Shown piece by piece: positions 1 to 11,860 of a DNA stretch of 64,000 nt. A program made the position numbers and the translations under genes. The notes under the pieces are model-generated. The model made no database searches. It had not been told where the DNA came from and saw only the letters and a program-made list of their open reading frames with translations. How positions within the stretch are numbered: position 1 is the first letter of the stretch; the number at the start of each line of letters is the position of its first letter. Location of the stretch: NCBI GenBank assembly GCA_029953675.1, contig JAMWBK010000013.1, forward strand, positions 558,001 to 622,000, in the 5' to 3' direction. The DNA comes from Rhodosorus marinus CCMP1338 (taxonomy: Eukaryota > Plantae > Rhodophyta).

Positions 1-141
1 CTTCGCAAGCACAGGATCGTAAAACCGTGTTGTACGATCGAGTATATAGGCAGGAGCCGATTCTAAGAGGCCCGCTGCTGCACATAGAGACTGTCTCAAA
101 ACAATGATTGCATAGTTGGTGCAATAGCTCGCGCAGTCAGC

Positions 142-596
142 TTATCTATATCCGCTTGCGGAGGTTGCAGCAACGCAAAATGAGAAAATCCCGCACGCGG
201 CAGCAAACATCATCAGCGTGACGACTTTTTCAACTCCTTTGTCGTGCCCGCTATAGAAAATCCCTCTCGAATGATATCGCTCGTTTCTCTCATGGTCTCG
301 ACCATCCGATTGCAATGCTTCGTAAGTCGAAGGGTGAAACTCACTTCTTTCAGAAAGGTCAAACGAATGGGGAAAAAAAAAAAACACGGTCTATGCCACT
401 TCATGTTTCAAGTACCTTTCAGATTTTGGTAAGCTTCATGCAGCTCCCTAAACTGTTTGGCGCATCCGGTAGGCTGGTCAGGATGACACTTCAACGCCTG
501 TTTCAGAAAAGCCTGCCGAAGCTCCCGCTCACTTACTCCAACCTTGACGCCAAGCAGACGATAATACTTCAAAAAGTTCCTCGGCGGGGAACCCAT
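142..596 (-). CDS. Small J-domain (DnaJ type III) protein with C-terminal hydrophobic segment, 2 exons
   Basis: YYRLLGV...LRQAFLKQALKCHPD...KQFRELHEAYQNLK is a J domain with HPD. A GT donor near 416 and an acceptor near 348 join it to an exon ending VTLMMFAAACGIFSFCVAAT. The true start may lie upstream. Confidence 0.7.
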
Positions 597-696
597 TCTC
601 AACAAGGCCTCATTTCAACTCGCCAGAAGCGCTTCACTGCGGCACAACCCAATATAAACAAAAATCCTAGTTACCAAGGATATCGCCATCCACTTC

Positions 697-1176
697 TCAC
701 TTCACCTTGATGCCCCAAGCAGCTTCCGAAGCACGGCTCAGATAACAAGTATATTCCTGAAATCGTCCACAAGTGCATTTGTTTTTCTATCCCACTCTCC
801 AGAATCTTGGAACAGCTTCTTCCCCAATTCAGCTAGTTTGTCATTGTTGATGGTGCCAAAGCGTTTGGCACTTTCCCACGACTGGCAATTTTGTCATTGG
901 CAAACGACGAAAACGGCTATGCTGACTCCATCACGAGTCTTCCGCAATATGGCAAACGCTTACCAAAACAGTCTAAAACGACAGTGATCTTTGGGCTAGG
1001 CAATAGCTGTCAAGAAATGAACCACTGCGTATGGCATCAAGTGCTGTATGCACGGGTACATGTCCTCCTGGAGTTGCTAATGTTTTTGGTTCACAGTCTA
1101 CCAGCCTGGTGGATCCTCCGCACCACAGTTTGGAGCCCCCCCCCCCCAAAAAAAAATGAATTTCTGGGTGCCTCAC
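697..1176 (-). CDS. Possible hypothetical spliced gene fragment
   Basis: Two open stretches with protein-like composition (VDCEPKTLATPGGHVPVHTALDAIRSG and SWESAKRFGTINNDKLAELGKKLFQDSGEWD...KVK*) with GTAAG donor and AG acceptor candidates. No family recognised. Confidence 0.25.
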
Positions 1177-1326
1177 ACCCTAAAATTAGGTGATCAGACG
1201 GGGTTTGAGGTATGGATGAGATGGGTTGCAAGCTCCAGTTCCGTATGGGTGCCTCACACCCTAAAATTAGGTGATCAGACGGGGTTTGAGGTATGGATGA
1301 GATGGGTTGCAAGCTCCAGTTCCGTA
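1165..1326. repeat. Exact 81-bp direct tandem duplication (2 copies)
   Basis: tgggtgcctcacaccctaaaattaggtgatcagacggggtttgaggtatggatgagatgggttgcaagctccagttccgta occurs at 1165-1245 and 1246-1326. Confidence 0.95.
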
Positions 1327-1595
1327 GCCGATTCAGCGCCTACTGCTCCTTTTTTAGCATGGTTCTTGTGTTCTTGTCCATAGTTTTGTCGTCGGTCGGC
1401 AAAATGTCTGTCTCGATCCTCAGAGCGTGTGTTCTGGGCCCCCCCCGCCTCTGATTCGAAGGTTGGCGTCTATTATGACGTTTTGAAAAGGATCTCCTGA
1501 TCTCGTCTACATTAGCGTGTTGGAATCTGCAACTCTTGTGCGAAAACGATTTCATTTCTGGGAGGGCCAAATCAGATCAGGCGGAAATTTTGAAC

Positions 1596-3017
1596 ATGCA
1601 AGCATTTGTTTCTCTTCCAGGTCACCCGGGGTCTGTATCGCGGGGCAACTCTCGAGCTGTTGTCCCCAAGGCCGAGATGGCGGTACCTGCCAACCTGCTT
1701 ATCGTTGGTCCTGGGAGGTTGGGGAGCAGAATTGCTAAGCTTTGGACACATGGAGAGGTCACCGGAGAAACTAGAACAGAGACAAACCATGAGATGCTGC
1801 GAGCAGGAGGAATCAAACCATCGACGAAAGCTAAGAGGAGCAAAGTAGGCTACAACTACGTCGCGATCACGGCACCTCCGACTGGCAATGCTGACTATGC
1901 GAAAGAGGTGGGCAAACTCCCGTATCGACTTGTGGTCTCCTTGGACACTTGTTCTACTCCGTTCTCAATTCTTCATTGACAACGAACCAGGTCGCAGATG
2001 CATGCCTCGCTTGGACTGGCGAGGGGGCAATGGTCTTTACATCCGCGACTTCTGTATACGGTGATGCCGCCTTTGAAATCGTCAACGAGGATACTCCTAC
2101 AATTGATTCCGGAACTGAAAAACAGCAAAGATTGCTCAAGGCCGAGGCAAGCGTAATAGAAGCAGGAGGAACAGTCCTTCGCCTCGCTGGTCTATACGAT
2201 CGAAGGGTTGGGCCTCACAACTATTGGCTTCGATCACCAGAGGTAAGGAGAAACTAGCTGCTTGCGATTCCGATCACGGCACGAAGCCTTTCAGCGTTTG
2301 GAAGAGCTCAGTCCTGTTCTAAGTGTCACAATGGAGCACACCCTCTCAAGCTGAACCAGAAAAAGGTTCAGAATATGCTAAAAATGCTTGCGCTGAAGAC
2401 CAATTGTCTGAAACATTCAAGTTCCCCACTGTGGCAAACCAGATCAAGGGAAACCCAGACACCTTAATCAACATGATTCATTACAATGATGCGGCGTCTC
2501 TTGCTTTGGCAATTCTAGAGGCTGGAAAGGATAAGGTAGAGTTGATGCTCTGACTAACTGGCAGCTTTCCTCAAGGAGGTGGTCATCGCTGAAGTCCTGA
2601 ATACAGTTTTCCTCGTGGTTCTGATAGACAAGAGGCAAGTTCTTCCTTGGAGTTGACGATCAACCACTGACTCGTCGAGAGATATGTGAAGCAGCCTTGC
2701 AGGATCCAATCTACGCTGACAAAACAATTCCACCATTCACGGGTCTCGACGAACCCGCTGGAAAGAAGAGGTGAGGGCTTCTCCATTGCAATTTTCTCGA
2801 GTATTGCAAGGTGATTCGGGTAGAGCTCGTCGCCTGTTCAAACCCCGGATGGATCAAGAAGCAGGGACATGCTTTTATAACCCCAAACCATCAATAACTG
2901 ACACTTCCTGGCAATTTTCTTTCGTACGGTAGACTGGACAACAGTCAAACACGTACTGCACTCAACTGGATGCCGCAGAACTCATCCATGCAAGAATATT
3001 TTGCTTCACAAGCATAG
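1596..3017 (+). CDS. Plastid-targeted atypical SDR / NAD(P)-binding Rossmann protein (Arabidopsis At2g39080-like), paralog A, 5 exons
   Basis: MQAFV transit-like start; LLIVGPGRLG, APP, FTS, LLKAE...GGTVLRLAGLY, INMIHYNDAASLA, VFLGVDDQP, LDNSQTR..LNW.P. Exons about 1596-1908, 1991-2242, 2443-2535, 2633-2770, 2933-3017. Confidence 0.85.
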
Positions 3018-3049
3018 TCGTCGCCGGGAGCTTTGGTGAGGGTTGACCA

Positions 3050-4404
3050 CGCACTGTCGACGACGGTGGTGGCGCCGAAAATACATTCTCTAGACACGGG
3101 CTAGAAGTGCGTTCCCGCTCAAGTTTTGCTCAGCATTACAGTATCACCACACGCACCTCGTTTTTTCAACAGAGACGCACTAGACGTGCACGCATATGCC
3201 CCGTTCATCCAAGTCATGCGACTTCATCCACCATAAGCGCTGACCTCCACCCTCGCTTTTGGCAAGCGCTTTCCTACGGAAATCTGGTAGCTTTCACTCG
3301 CCGGACAAGGGAAAGCGGGTAGTGTCGCAAAATGCATGCTTTTACTCAACAACCCACGCTCAGTACTTTCCTTTTTCGGCGGCACCCAGACAAAAACAGT
3401 GCTTGTTGACGAAATCCACCAACTCTAGAGCAATCCTGATTACCCGGAGTCACCTGCCAGCCTACCCAGCGTTTCGAAAGCAGTGGCATGTAGCAAAGTG
3501 ACTCCAATATCCAATTCATCCCCGAACGCAGCTTGCTTTGACAAGATTCCAGTGGAATCCAAAGCCTCAAAGATATCAAGCGAAGAAGCAATCATTAAGA
3601 ATCTACCAGAAGCATATTGATTGTGTTTAAGGGAAATTAACATTGAAACGAATTCCTCCATCCTCCGCAACCACTGTTTAGCAGGAGTTCCAGATTTTGA
3701 ATATATTGGGCATTCTAGGAGAGCTTGTTCCATAAAATCCTCGGATTCAATCTTCGGAAAGCTGCTCTCTTGATTTACACAAAAACGCATCCAAAACAAA
3801 GATCATTAAAACTCGGTTTGCTGGCGTCTCGTATCCGCGAATTGTGGATTTTTCGATGTTTCTTGAAAGGTTGTTTTCAAATATTTCTTCGAACCATTGG
3901 ACTAGGCTCTGGGTCCCTATAGACTATTTTTAATGGTTCTGCTGCTCGCCCACCATTACCAGAGATGAACCTTATAGGGCGAGAGACTAGTGTCAGGTAT
4001 TTTTTTCCAGCTTCAATTCGTTGATTAGTGATCTGTTTAGTCCAACCGCTATCAATAATTCTTCACAAAATTCACCAATCCCATCGTGGAGTGGGGCAAA
4101 AAAACCAGAATCACAACTACTATTGGTTCAAAAACGCACACAGAAAAAAAAATTCTTGTCTGCTAGTGGTGAGTTAGCAACAGAATTTTTAATCTGCTTT
4201 CAGAGAACGGTCCAATCGTTGTAACCCTTCCCCACCTTGGCAATGTTCGATTTTGGAGAAAGTGTATACATCGTAAGGGGTGATATTGAAACCCACCTTT
4301 TGATGACAATATTGATCAATAAATTGTTTTAAACTATAAAATAGCTGAGACTTTGTTTTTCGAGGGGGGGAAACTCCGTTTCCCTCCGCCAATCCAAGCA
4401 TCAT
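3050..4404 (-). CDS. Hypothetical multi-exon gene, frames broken (likely by sequence errors)
   Basis: Protein-like segments MEQALLECPIYSKSGTPAKQWLRRMEEF, LPDFRRKALAKSEGGGQRLWWMKSHDLDERG and QSLVQWFEEIFENN, plus a branch point/acceptor ctaactcaccactag. No continuous frame through the homopolymer-rich 5' part. Confidence 0.35.
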
Positions 4405-4739
4405 AGTGTGTAGTAATCAAAAGCAAGTGAACAGCCGGAATTTTCTACTATGGAAGCATATTCCATTTTGACACATTTGGTTGACATTTGGTCCCTGAGG
4501 GTTGGTGGGAGAAGTTTTTTTCTTCAAAGGGAAAAAAGGACATGTGGACATACGGCATCAAACGACTCTGTTTCGCTTTTGCGTGGTGGAACTTGCGTTT
4601 TGAGCAAAAAGTCTCGTTTTGCTGTTTCTCTGTTACGTATGTGATGGGTGGGGGCCTTTTTTTTGTTTTGGGGGGGGGGGAAGGAGGGTAGGGCAGGTAT
4701 GCACATCCTCTTTGGACGCGAATACAACAAGGTGAAATC

Positions 4740-5876
4740 ATGGCGTTTGTGGCAGGTGGCAAGTTGTGGAGTAGGCGGGGGCAGCGCGTCGCTGATAGCC
4801 GATCTGTGGTTCGAATGAATGGGGAGGACAACCTCCTCATTGTCGGTTGCGGGAAACTCGGGCAGAGAGTGGGCAAGATTTGGTCGGAACGCAGCGACCT
4901 TGTAGTTGGAGAAACGCGCACAAATCGCTCACATGCCGAGCTGCGTCTCTCGAATATCAAGCCCCAACTGAAGGGGGAAAACAAAGATGCAAAATTTTCG
5001 AATGTATTGTTTTCAGCAAACGCTGTAGGAGACGTGGACGAATACTTACTTGACGTAAGTAAACCTGCAATCACCAGTTTGGAAGTGTTTCTTTCGTTTT
5101 CCAGTATTACGAGAAGCATATTTACTGACTAACTAGTTCTGTGACACAGGTTCATCTCGCACTTGACCGTTGGGATGAGCAGGGTACATTCTTATTCACC
5201 TCTTCAGGGGCCGTCTACAGTCAGGCCAATGGTAAACCTGTTACCGAAGACTCTCAGACATACGAATTAGGGTTTTCGGAACGCACGGACCGACTTCTGA
5301 AAGCGGAGAAGGCTGTCAGAGAGCGAGGGGGTAATGTTGTGCGCCTGTCAGGACTTTACAAAAGGAGGCAACACTGGGACCACCAGATGTGGATTGATGT
5401 AAGTCCTATTGCACGGCTCCTGCATATACTTGTGAAAATTGCTACTTGCTGAAACTCTAGCCCTTCCCATCAAAAACATGCAGCTTGCAAAAGAATCTGG
5501 AGGAGATTTTTGGGTTAACATCCTCGACTATGACGACGCGGCTACTCTGGTATCATTGATCCTATCGAGAGCACCCAAGCTCGATTCCTCACTCTTTTTG
5601 GGTTCAGATGGTAGACCAGTACTTCTCCGCAGTCTGGCACAGTATGTAGGTAGTGTTCAAGGAAGTCTTCCTCTGGAATTGCCGCCGAAGAAGGAACCGA
5701 GTGGGAAGATGTACGATAACCGGAGAACCCGGCAGTGGCTGGGGTGGGAACCCCAGTTCGACCTCGTAAAAGACATTCACAGTTTCAGAAGTTTGACGCC
5801 GGTTGAACTAATGAGACTGGAAGCCGCGGTGCCCGCATTGGGGCAACAGGGTTCCAAGGTTTCCGCTACTGAGTGA
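4740..5876 (+). CDS. Plastid-targeted atypical SDR / Rossmann protein, paralog B, 3 exons
   Basis: MAFV start; LLIVGCGKLG, FLFTSSGAVY, LLKAE...GGNVVRLSGLY, LDYDDAATL, FLGSDG, YDNRRTRQWLGWEP. Introns at 5055-5149 and 5399-5483. Confidence 0.85.
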
Positions 5877-6002
5877 ATTAGGTGTATCAGTATTGAATAG
5901 AGCAACAGTTGTACATTAAATCAGCCGCAGTTTACTTGACACCATCGACGTCGACGTGATTACCGACGTGTTATGGCACTGAGTCGAGCAATCTATGTAA
6001 CT

Positions 6003-7047
6003 CAGCTTGCGAATAACGAACTCTCGAATTTAAGAGCAGTCTCCAGACCCTTCTGCCAAGAGGGGTACCTACAGCCTTCTAGCTACAAGTTAATGCATTT
6101 CGCATAAGTCTTTGAGATTCGATTACGGAGGCTTTCCTCAAGATTTCAGAGGCACTCTCCGAGTGCCGTTGGAAGCGCTTGGAAGGCGCATGCATGATGG
6201 AGCGATCCCGTGGCACTGCTTTGTACCCGCACGTTTACTTGTCAGCGTTCCCACCGAAAAGCATTCGGGTTGAGCGTCACAGAACAAATGCATCCTGATA
6301 TTCGCCATAAGCGGGTGAAGGAAGTTTGGAGAATGTACTTCGAATGGAATAAAATTTTGTGGGTTGATCCACCAGCCAGTTGAATGTTCTAGAGCATGAA
6401 ACGATTGTATTCACTATCTCACTACTTCTCTGCATTCCCAAGTGCGCCTCGGAATCAACTGCAACATATGATCGGCCCAACCCCGCGAGAATGACAATTT
6501 AGGATTGACCGTGACGAGCATTCGAAGACGAGCTAGTCAAGAAATAGTATTTGATAACCACGAAATATATCTCATGCGCCAACAACTAGGAAGGGACATC
6601 GGGCAAATCTGTACTGCACTTCTCAAAGCACTAGACGGAATGATCGAAACAGCCTGTGCACGGCTGGTGGTGAGCATATTGCCTCGATGGTAGATCCGAT
6701 TGGATCGGGGTGTCGAGATGGGGTGAGATCTGGCCTTGTGCGCGTCCGCTCATAACGCAATCAGGACCAGCCAAGATCCTTTCAGCGTTTTGTTCGCGGG
6801 GGAGTCAAGGCAGGGAATCTGCTATTATTCAGTTTAGCGTCACAACTTGATCAGTCCACAGAGAAAAGGAAACTACGTTCAACAGCTACCTGCAAGGGGC
6901 AAGTTGCGCTGCCCCGAAAAACTGATCAACCTACTCGGCGATATACACAGGACGATAGCCCTAGCTACCTTGAAATGTTTGGGTTCATGGAGCGCGCAGA
7001 CGCTGGTTGGCTGTGAGAGTGCTTTTTGGAACGCCCCGAGAACTTGA
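6003..7047 (+). mobile_element. Decayed Ty3/gypsy-like integrase remnant
   Basis: Stop-interrupted frames read HPDI...YFEW, then RA*ND, NI*SAQP, RRRASQEIVFDN, LG, ALDGMIET, G*DLAL...AHN, and PFSVLFAG. The order and motifs match the gypsy integrase HHCC region and DDE core (IVSDN, DGxxER, WDxxL..AYN, PFxLLFG), although spacing is imperfect. Confidence 0.55.
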
Positions 7048-8019
7048 CGCGTCTGTACTCACCCCTGAGCATGGCGTGTGGCCTAGTTCAACACTGCCCT
7101 CCATCGTGAGGCGAGGTCGCTACGTCCTCGATCGTTTCTCGGTTAGTATAGCGGGGTTGCTAGTCTCCACGTAAAAGCTAAAAGATAGAAGGCTTACATA
7201 AGGGAAAAAAGTTGAAACCCCTACGGAGATCGCCGTAAAGAGAGCGAGAACGTAGCCGAGAAAGGGCGAAGCAAATCCGGACCGGAGTAGCCTTACAGAG
7301 GACGGCCCAACAATATGCAAGTAATTGCAGCAGGTACAGGAAGAGCACCCTCTCTGAAAATCAGTTAGAAGCATGCTACCCGAGCCGAGGGCAGGCGAAG
7401 AACAGTCAACCGGGACATAAAGCTCAAAAAAGGACTGCCACAAAGGATCCGTCCAGGGAAACCAAGCAAAGGTGACGGATAAGGTTTCTCTGTTGACTTG
7501 CTTAGATCACGTCTGCTGGGTTTTGACGATGCCACCTCATTTCGCAGTATGACATGAAACTGCCAGAATGCAAAATTCCACCCTGGGGCAGTAGTCACGT
7601 GCTACGCAGGAACAAGAACAGGGTGTTGCACCGCAGCATTGCTAGGACGAGGCAAAATTGATCATCCCTCGACCAAAAAAGGGGTCATCCAGAGGAATAT
7701 CTGAGCTTGATCGAAAACTGTGCCAAAGAAACTGCTAGTACCGGGTCGAAACCCACCAGGAATGGGCAGGAGGCAGCCACAGCAGAGACTTGCTTGTTGA
7801 TCATCACTCCTAATCCTCGTCATCGAGAGCTGCGGATGAGAGACGTGTCACCCAAAAAACGCCTTGGGAACAAGCGATTGCCGGACGCCTAAATGCAGAC
7901 TGATGACCCAACCACTCCTGGTCGTTACAACAATGGAATCACGATGCAACACCCCCCCTTGATAATTCTCTGCAAGGGCTCACGCTGCTATTAGACAAGG
8001 GTGTACTACCAGGTGGGAA

Positions 8020-8443
8020 AATGGGGCATGCCCCAAATGAATAATGATAACACTTCGAGGGGTTGCCCTTGGGTTTCGGGCACATTCTGAGCTCGGTGCA
8101 AATCGAGTATGGCGCCATCGCAAACTGGATATATATCTTTATGCTGAACGCCTTGCCTCCTCCCTATCCAAACAACTATAATACAATATTTTGAAGCTTA
8201 TTCGTATAATGCAAATAAATTAAAGCACTATTGAGAAAAACAATTATTGAACTGAAATTCATTATTAACGTTGTGAGGAGTTCACAGGAGAACAGTAGCT
8301 TTTCACAAGGCCTCTCGGCCTGACCAGCTTCTCAACTCCTGTGAGGTACGAACCAAACAAATCGTTTGGGGCAAGAAATGCGGCATCAGAATCTGGACGA
8401 GCTGATTGGAATCGACAAATATGAAGCCAATGGGGCATGCCCC
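8020..8443. repeat. Two copies of a 15-bp word containing the perfect 12-bp palindrome GGGGCATGCCCC
   Basis: aatggggcatgcccc at 8020-8034 and 8429-8443. Confidence 0.9.
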
Positions 8444-9956
8444 CAGACCCGACAGCACCAATTAAATGAATTCATTCAGTAATTCTATTACTCCCTTGCA
8501 ATAAGTGGACATCCGATGTCAATCGTATATTCTATTTACGGGCAAACCACTCTTCGATATTTTTTTTAATATTTAGTGAAATCTGCTTCGATAGTACACG
8601 AAGAACGAGTAGTACGTCGGACGCCGATTGAGAACGAAAAACTTCTTTCTGATTATATATATTTTTCGGCACCAAAGCAGAAAAAAAGTTCCCCCCTTGA
8701 CGAAAGAGGTTTTTTGTTTTCATAGAAGTTTTCGTGTGATTCTGTGTCTCCACGAACCAAAAGATAATTGGAAAATCGAAGTTTGAGGTGGCATTTTATT
8801 GGTTTAGCGGGCTCATCTGCACTTCTGATTAGCCAATATCTATTCTATTTCCTAAAAATGTGGAGGCTTTCAAAAAAGGAACTACAGAGTGCACCTCCGG
8901 CAACTCTTTTTCTCGGCCGAGGGCTTTTAGCTTTCTTGTACTCATCGAAAAGTCTTCTCATAGCATTCAGTCCTCCTTCACACAAGTAGTACAGCAGCCG
9001 TTTCTTAGCAATGTAAAGGTTGTGGGTGAACACCCCAGATATTCTTTTAGAGTAGTGTGATCTATAGAAGAAAACTTTGTCTCTGCCCGAGGGGGGAGTA
9101 AGCCGACAGAGCCGGTTGTGCCTAGAACCCAGGGAATCTTTCAACGTCCTCGATGCACCAAGTAGGCAGCCAGCCTCGCGGGATCACGAATAGGCTATTC
9201 GGTGGTGTTTGCGTTGGCTCTTTAGAGACCCCACCAGAAGCTCTCACTCAAGAGCTACTTAGACGTATCAAAGAATATCCGATAATGAATAAGTCCTCGT
9301 ATCGCCTTCTGGTTCATGCTCCTATCCATCCTCACGTACCCCCCTCTTCCCGTTCTTGTTCGTTGATTGCACCGCCCGATTTGTAGCTGGCAAACCCCCA
9401 CGGGGTTGGAAGATTTTCATCATTTCGTGAGCGAAGAGGAATCTATTTCTTATGGGTCCCCTGCGCTCTTCAGATGCGAGTTGCTTGTTAGAAACAATAT
9501 TATAATTAGAATTGTTTCTTACAAGTTTGTTGGGATGAAACTACTACAGGAGCAAAGCACCGGGGGGTTGGGCGGGATATGATTTCTCGCCAGCCTCCCA
9601 GATGTAAACTGCAGAGGGGTAAATAATCCATCGGTTTTGGACAGAGCGAATATATTCGACTTGCAAAAGGGGTCGGGGCGACCTTGCTTATCCGTCAGTT
9701 TCCGATGGAATTTTTTCTGACGTGAAATGGAGGGGGGGCTGCCTGAGGATGGGCGGCGAGTGCGGGTAGAAGAGAGGCGAGACCGCTGAGGTAAAAGGCT
9801 AGGGGGGTGAGCGAGCGTTGTGCCTTAGGGAAGACGTTGCGTTCCTCAGTTTCTGCGGATGGGACATTTAGCGTTTGGCGAATGAGGTATGATCGTTTCG
9901 TTCGTTTGAGACGGCTGAGCAGGATAGACAATTAGGTTTTTGCTACTGTGAAGAAA

Positions 9957-10969
9957 ATGGGAGCTCAAAGAGTGCTTCAAGTGGCTGATAAGTCGATAAA
10001 AGGAAACTCGCAATGGGTTGCGACGTTGGCCCACGATCCGTCAGGGAGTATGATTGCTACTGGAGGCTGGGACAAGTCCATTCGAATCTTCGATATTGAG
10101 AGCGGCAAGGTGGTTTTGAAGATCAAAGGGAGTCTCTTCACTGGGCACCACGATAGAGTATACGGCCTGCAGTATTCCAAGGATGGTCGCTTGCTCTTAT
10201 CAGCGTCTGGTGACCGAACTGCGAGGGTATGGGACGTTCAGGCGGAAACTTGCGTGAAGAACATGCATGGGCATACCGGGGATGTGAAGAGGGCGATACT
10301 GTCAGAGGACGGCAACATTATTCTTACTGCGTCACGTGATAAGAGCATTAAACTGTGGGATTGGCGAGTGCAAAATCATATCCACTCACTTTCTGATCAG
10401 AGGGGCTGGGTGGAGGACATTGCTCTCTCTCCTGATGGACGGTCTCTCTACTCGGTGGGCGCGAGCGGTTGCATAAAGGTATCTTGTCTCTCAAAGCATC
10501 CGTAGCGAGCACTACAGAGAAACTGAGAAGAGTTGTCCCTCGCGGTTTACAGCTTTGGCAAGATTTCTCTCAATCCAGGGTTGAAACGTTCACTGCCCAC
10601 GATCAAACCATGACTTCTATTGCCGTATCTCCAAGAGGCAGTATGATCGCCACGGCGAGTGAGGATCGCTCTGTGTGCATTTGGGACTCAGCGACGATGG
10701 TAAATACTGCCGTATTAAAGGCCCACGATAACATTGTGTCTTCAGTAGCGTTCAACAGCGATGGTTCACGCCTGGCGTCTGCGTCTTGGGACAATTCGAT
10801 CGAGGTATGGGAGACGAAGTCATACAAGCCTGTTGCAACTATACTGGGCCACAGCGACACGGTTTCCTGTGTTGAGTTTTCTCCCACGAACGATTCCTTG
10901 GCAAGTGGGAGCTGGGACAGAAACGTCAAGGTGTGGGATCTGCCGAGGACCAGCCGGAGCCACCGCTGA
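9957..10969 (+). CDS. WD40-repeat beta-propeller protein (about 7-8 repeats), 2 exons
   Basis: Repeated GH...WD units (TGGWDKSIRIFD, SASGDRTARVWD, TASRDKSIKLWD, TASEDRSVCIWD, SASWDNSIEVWE, SGSWDRNVKVWD). Intron at 10479-10552. Confidence 0.9.
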
Positions 10970-11860
10970 CCTCGTACCTCCAGCGGGGTTGGCTCTTCAT
11001 AGGGTTTGTCTATTGAAAGCGTTGCTATTGGCAGCTTTCGACAATCTAGACTCATCTCTCAACTTCAACATATTAATTGTATCAACTGTAGACGAAGACT
11101 TCAAAGTGTTTTGAGCGCGTTCGCTTTTGTTCGGGACAGGAACCTCGCCGATCTAGGAGTGCTCGAGTTATCGATCACGCATCCCGCTTCTACATAGCAG
11201 GTTGCCTCTTAGTAGGTCTCGCTAAAACTAAAGAAAGCTCCTGAACTTTCTCAAACGGCCTTCCAATCTAGCTGACGGGCTGCAGCTGTTGCACGTTAGC
11301 AATCCGAGACGGTTAGGTTGGGGGCGGGTGGGTGGTCCAACCGCTGCACAGTTGTCAGCTACTAGCGGAGAGAGACTAGAGCTTTGACACCAACATAAAA
11401 TCTCTACCACCTATCGCGGATCCTTGATGGAGCTCTTTTATGTAGCGTACTTCAGCGCAGAATTTCGAAACCGGCCTTTTCCGTTCAATAGGTTTCTGAC
11501 ATGCCAATCAGCTTTGCATTCAAAAGCCTAGATACTGGAGCCGCAAGTCCCAAGCCTCGGACGTTGGTCTACTACTCAGCCCCTCTCTCTGTAAAACGTC
11601 AACGCTGGTTTTGTACTCAAATAGAAACACAGCGGTGTCCCAGGTCACCACTTGCACTGATCTCGACACATCCTCACCAACTAGCATCTTGACTGGCATT
11701 AGCGCAACGAGCGTCTTGTTGGTTCATTTTTTTGGGACCAGAAATGGTCTCGCGGTTGAATTGGACTTAATGTGAGGTTTAGCTTGGAGATCGAGATCGA
11801 CTCGGTTGACTAGTTTGTGGAATAGCTCTTTGTGTCTTGCTCAGGCCTGGGTTTTTAAGG

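Noticed and set aside
1165-1326. Repeat as a CRISPR array
   Set aside because: Only two directly abutting units with no spacers, no cas genes, and a eukaryotic context.
5945-5957. Overlapping 10-bp palindromes tcgacgtcga / acgtcgacgt at the edge of the gypsy remnant
   Set aside because: Too short, and there is no matching end, LTR or target-site duplication on the other side.
8760-9400. Overlapping 70-100 aa ORFs on both strands
   Set aside because: No motif, consistent splice pattern or preferred strand could be established.
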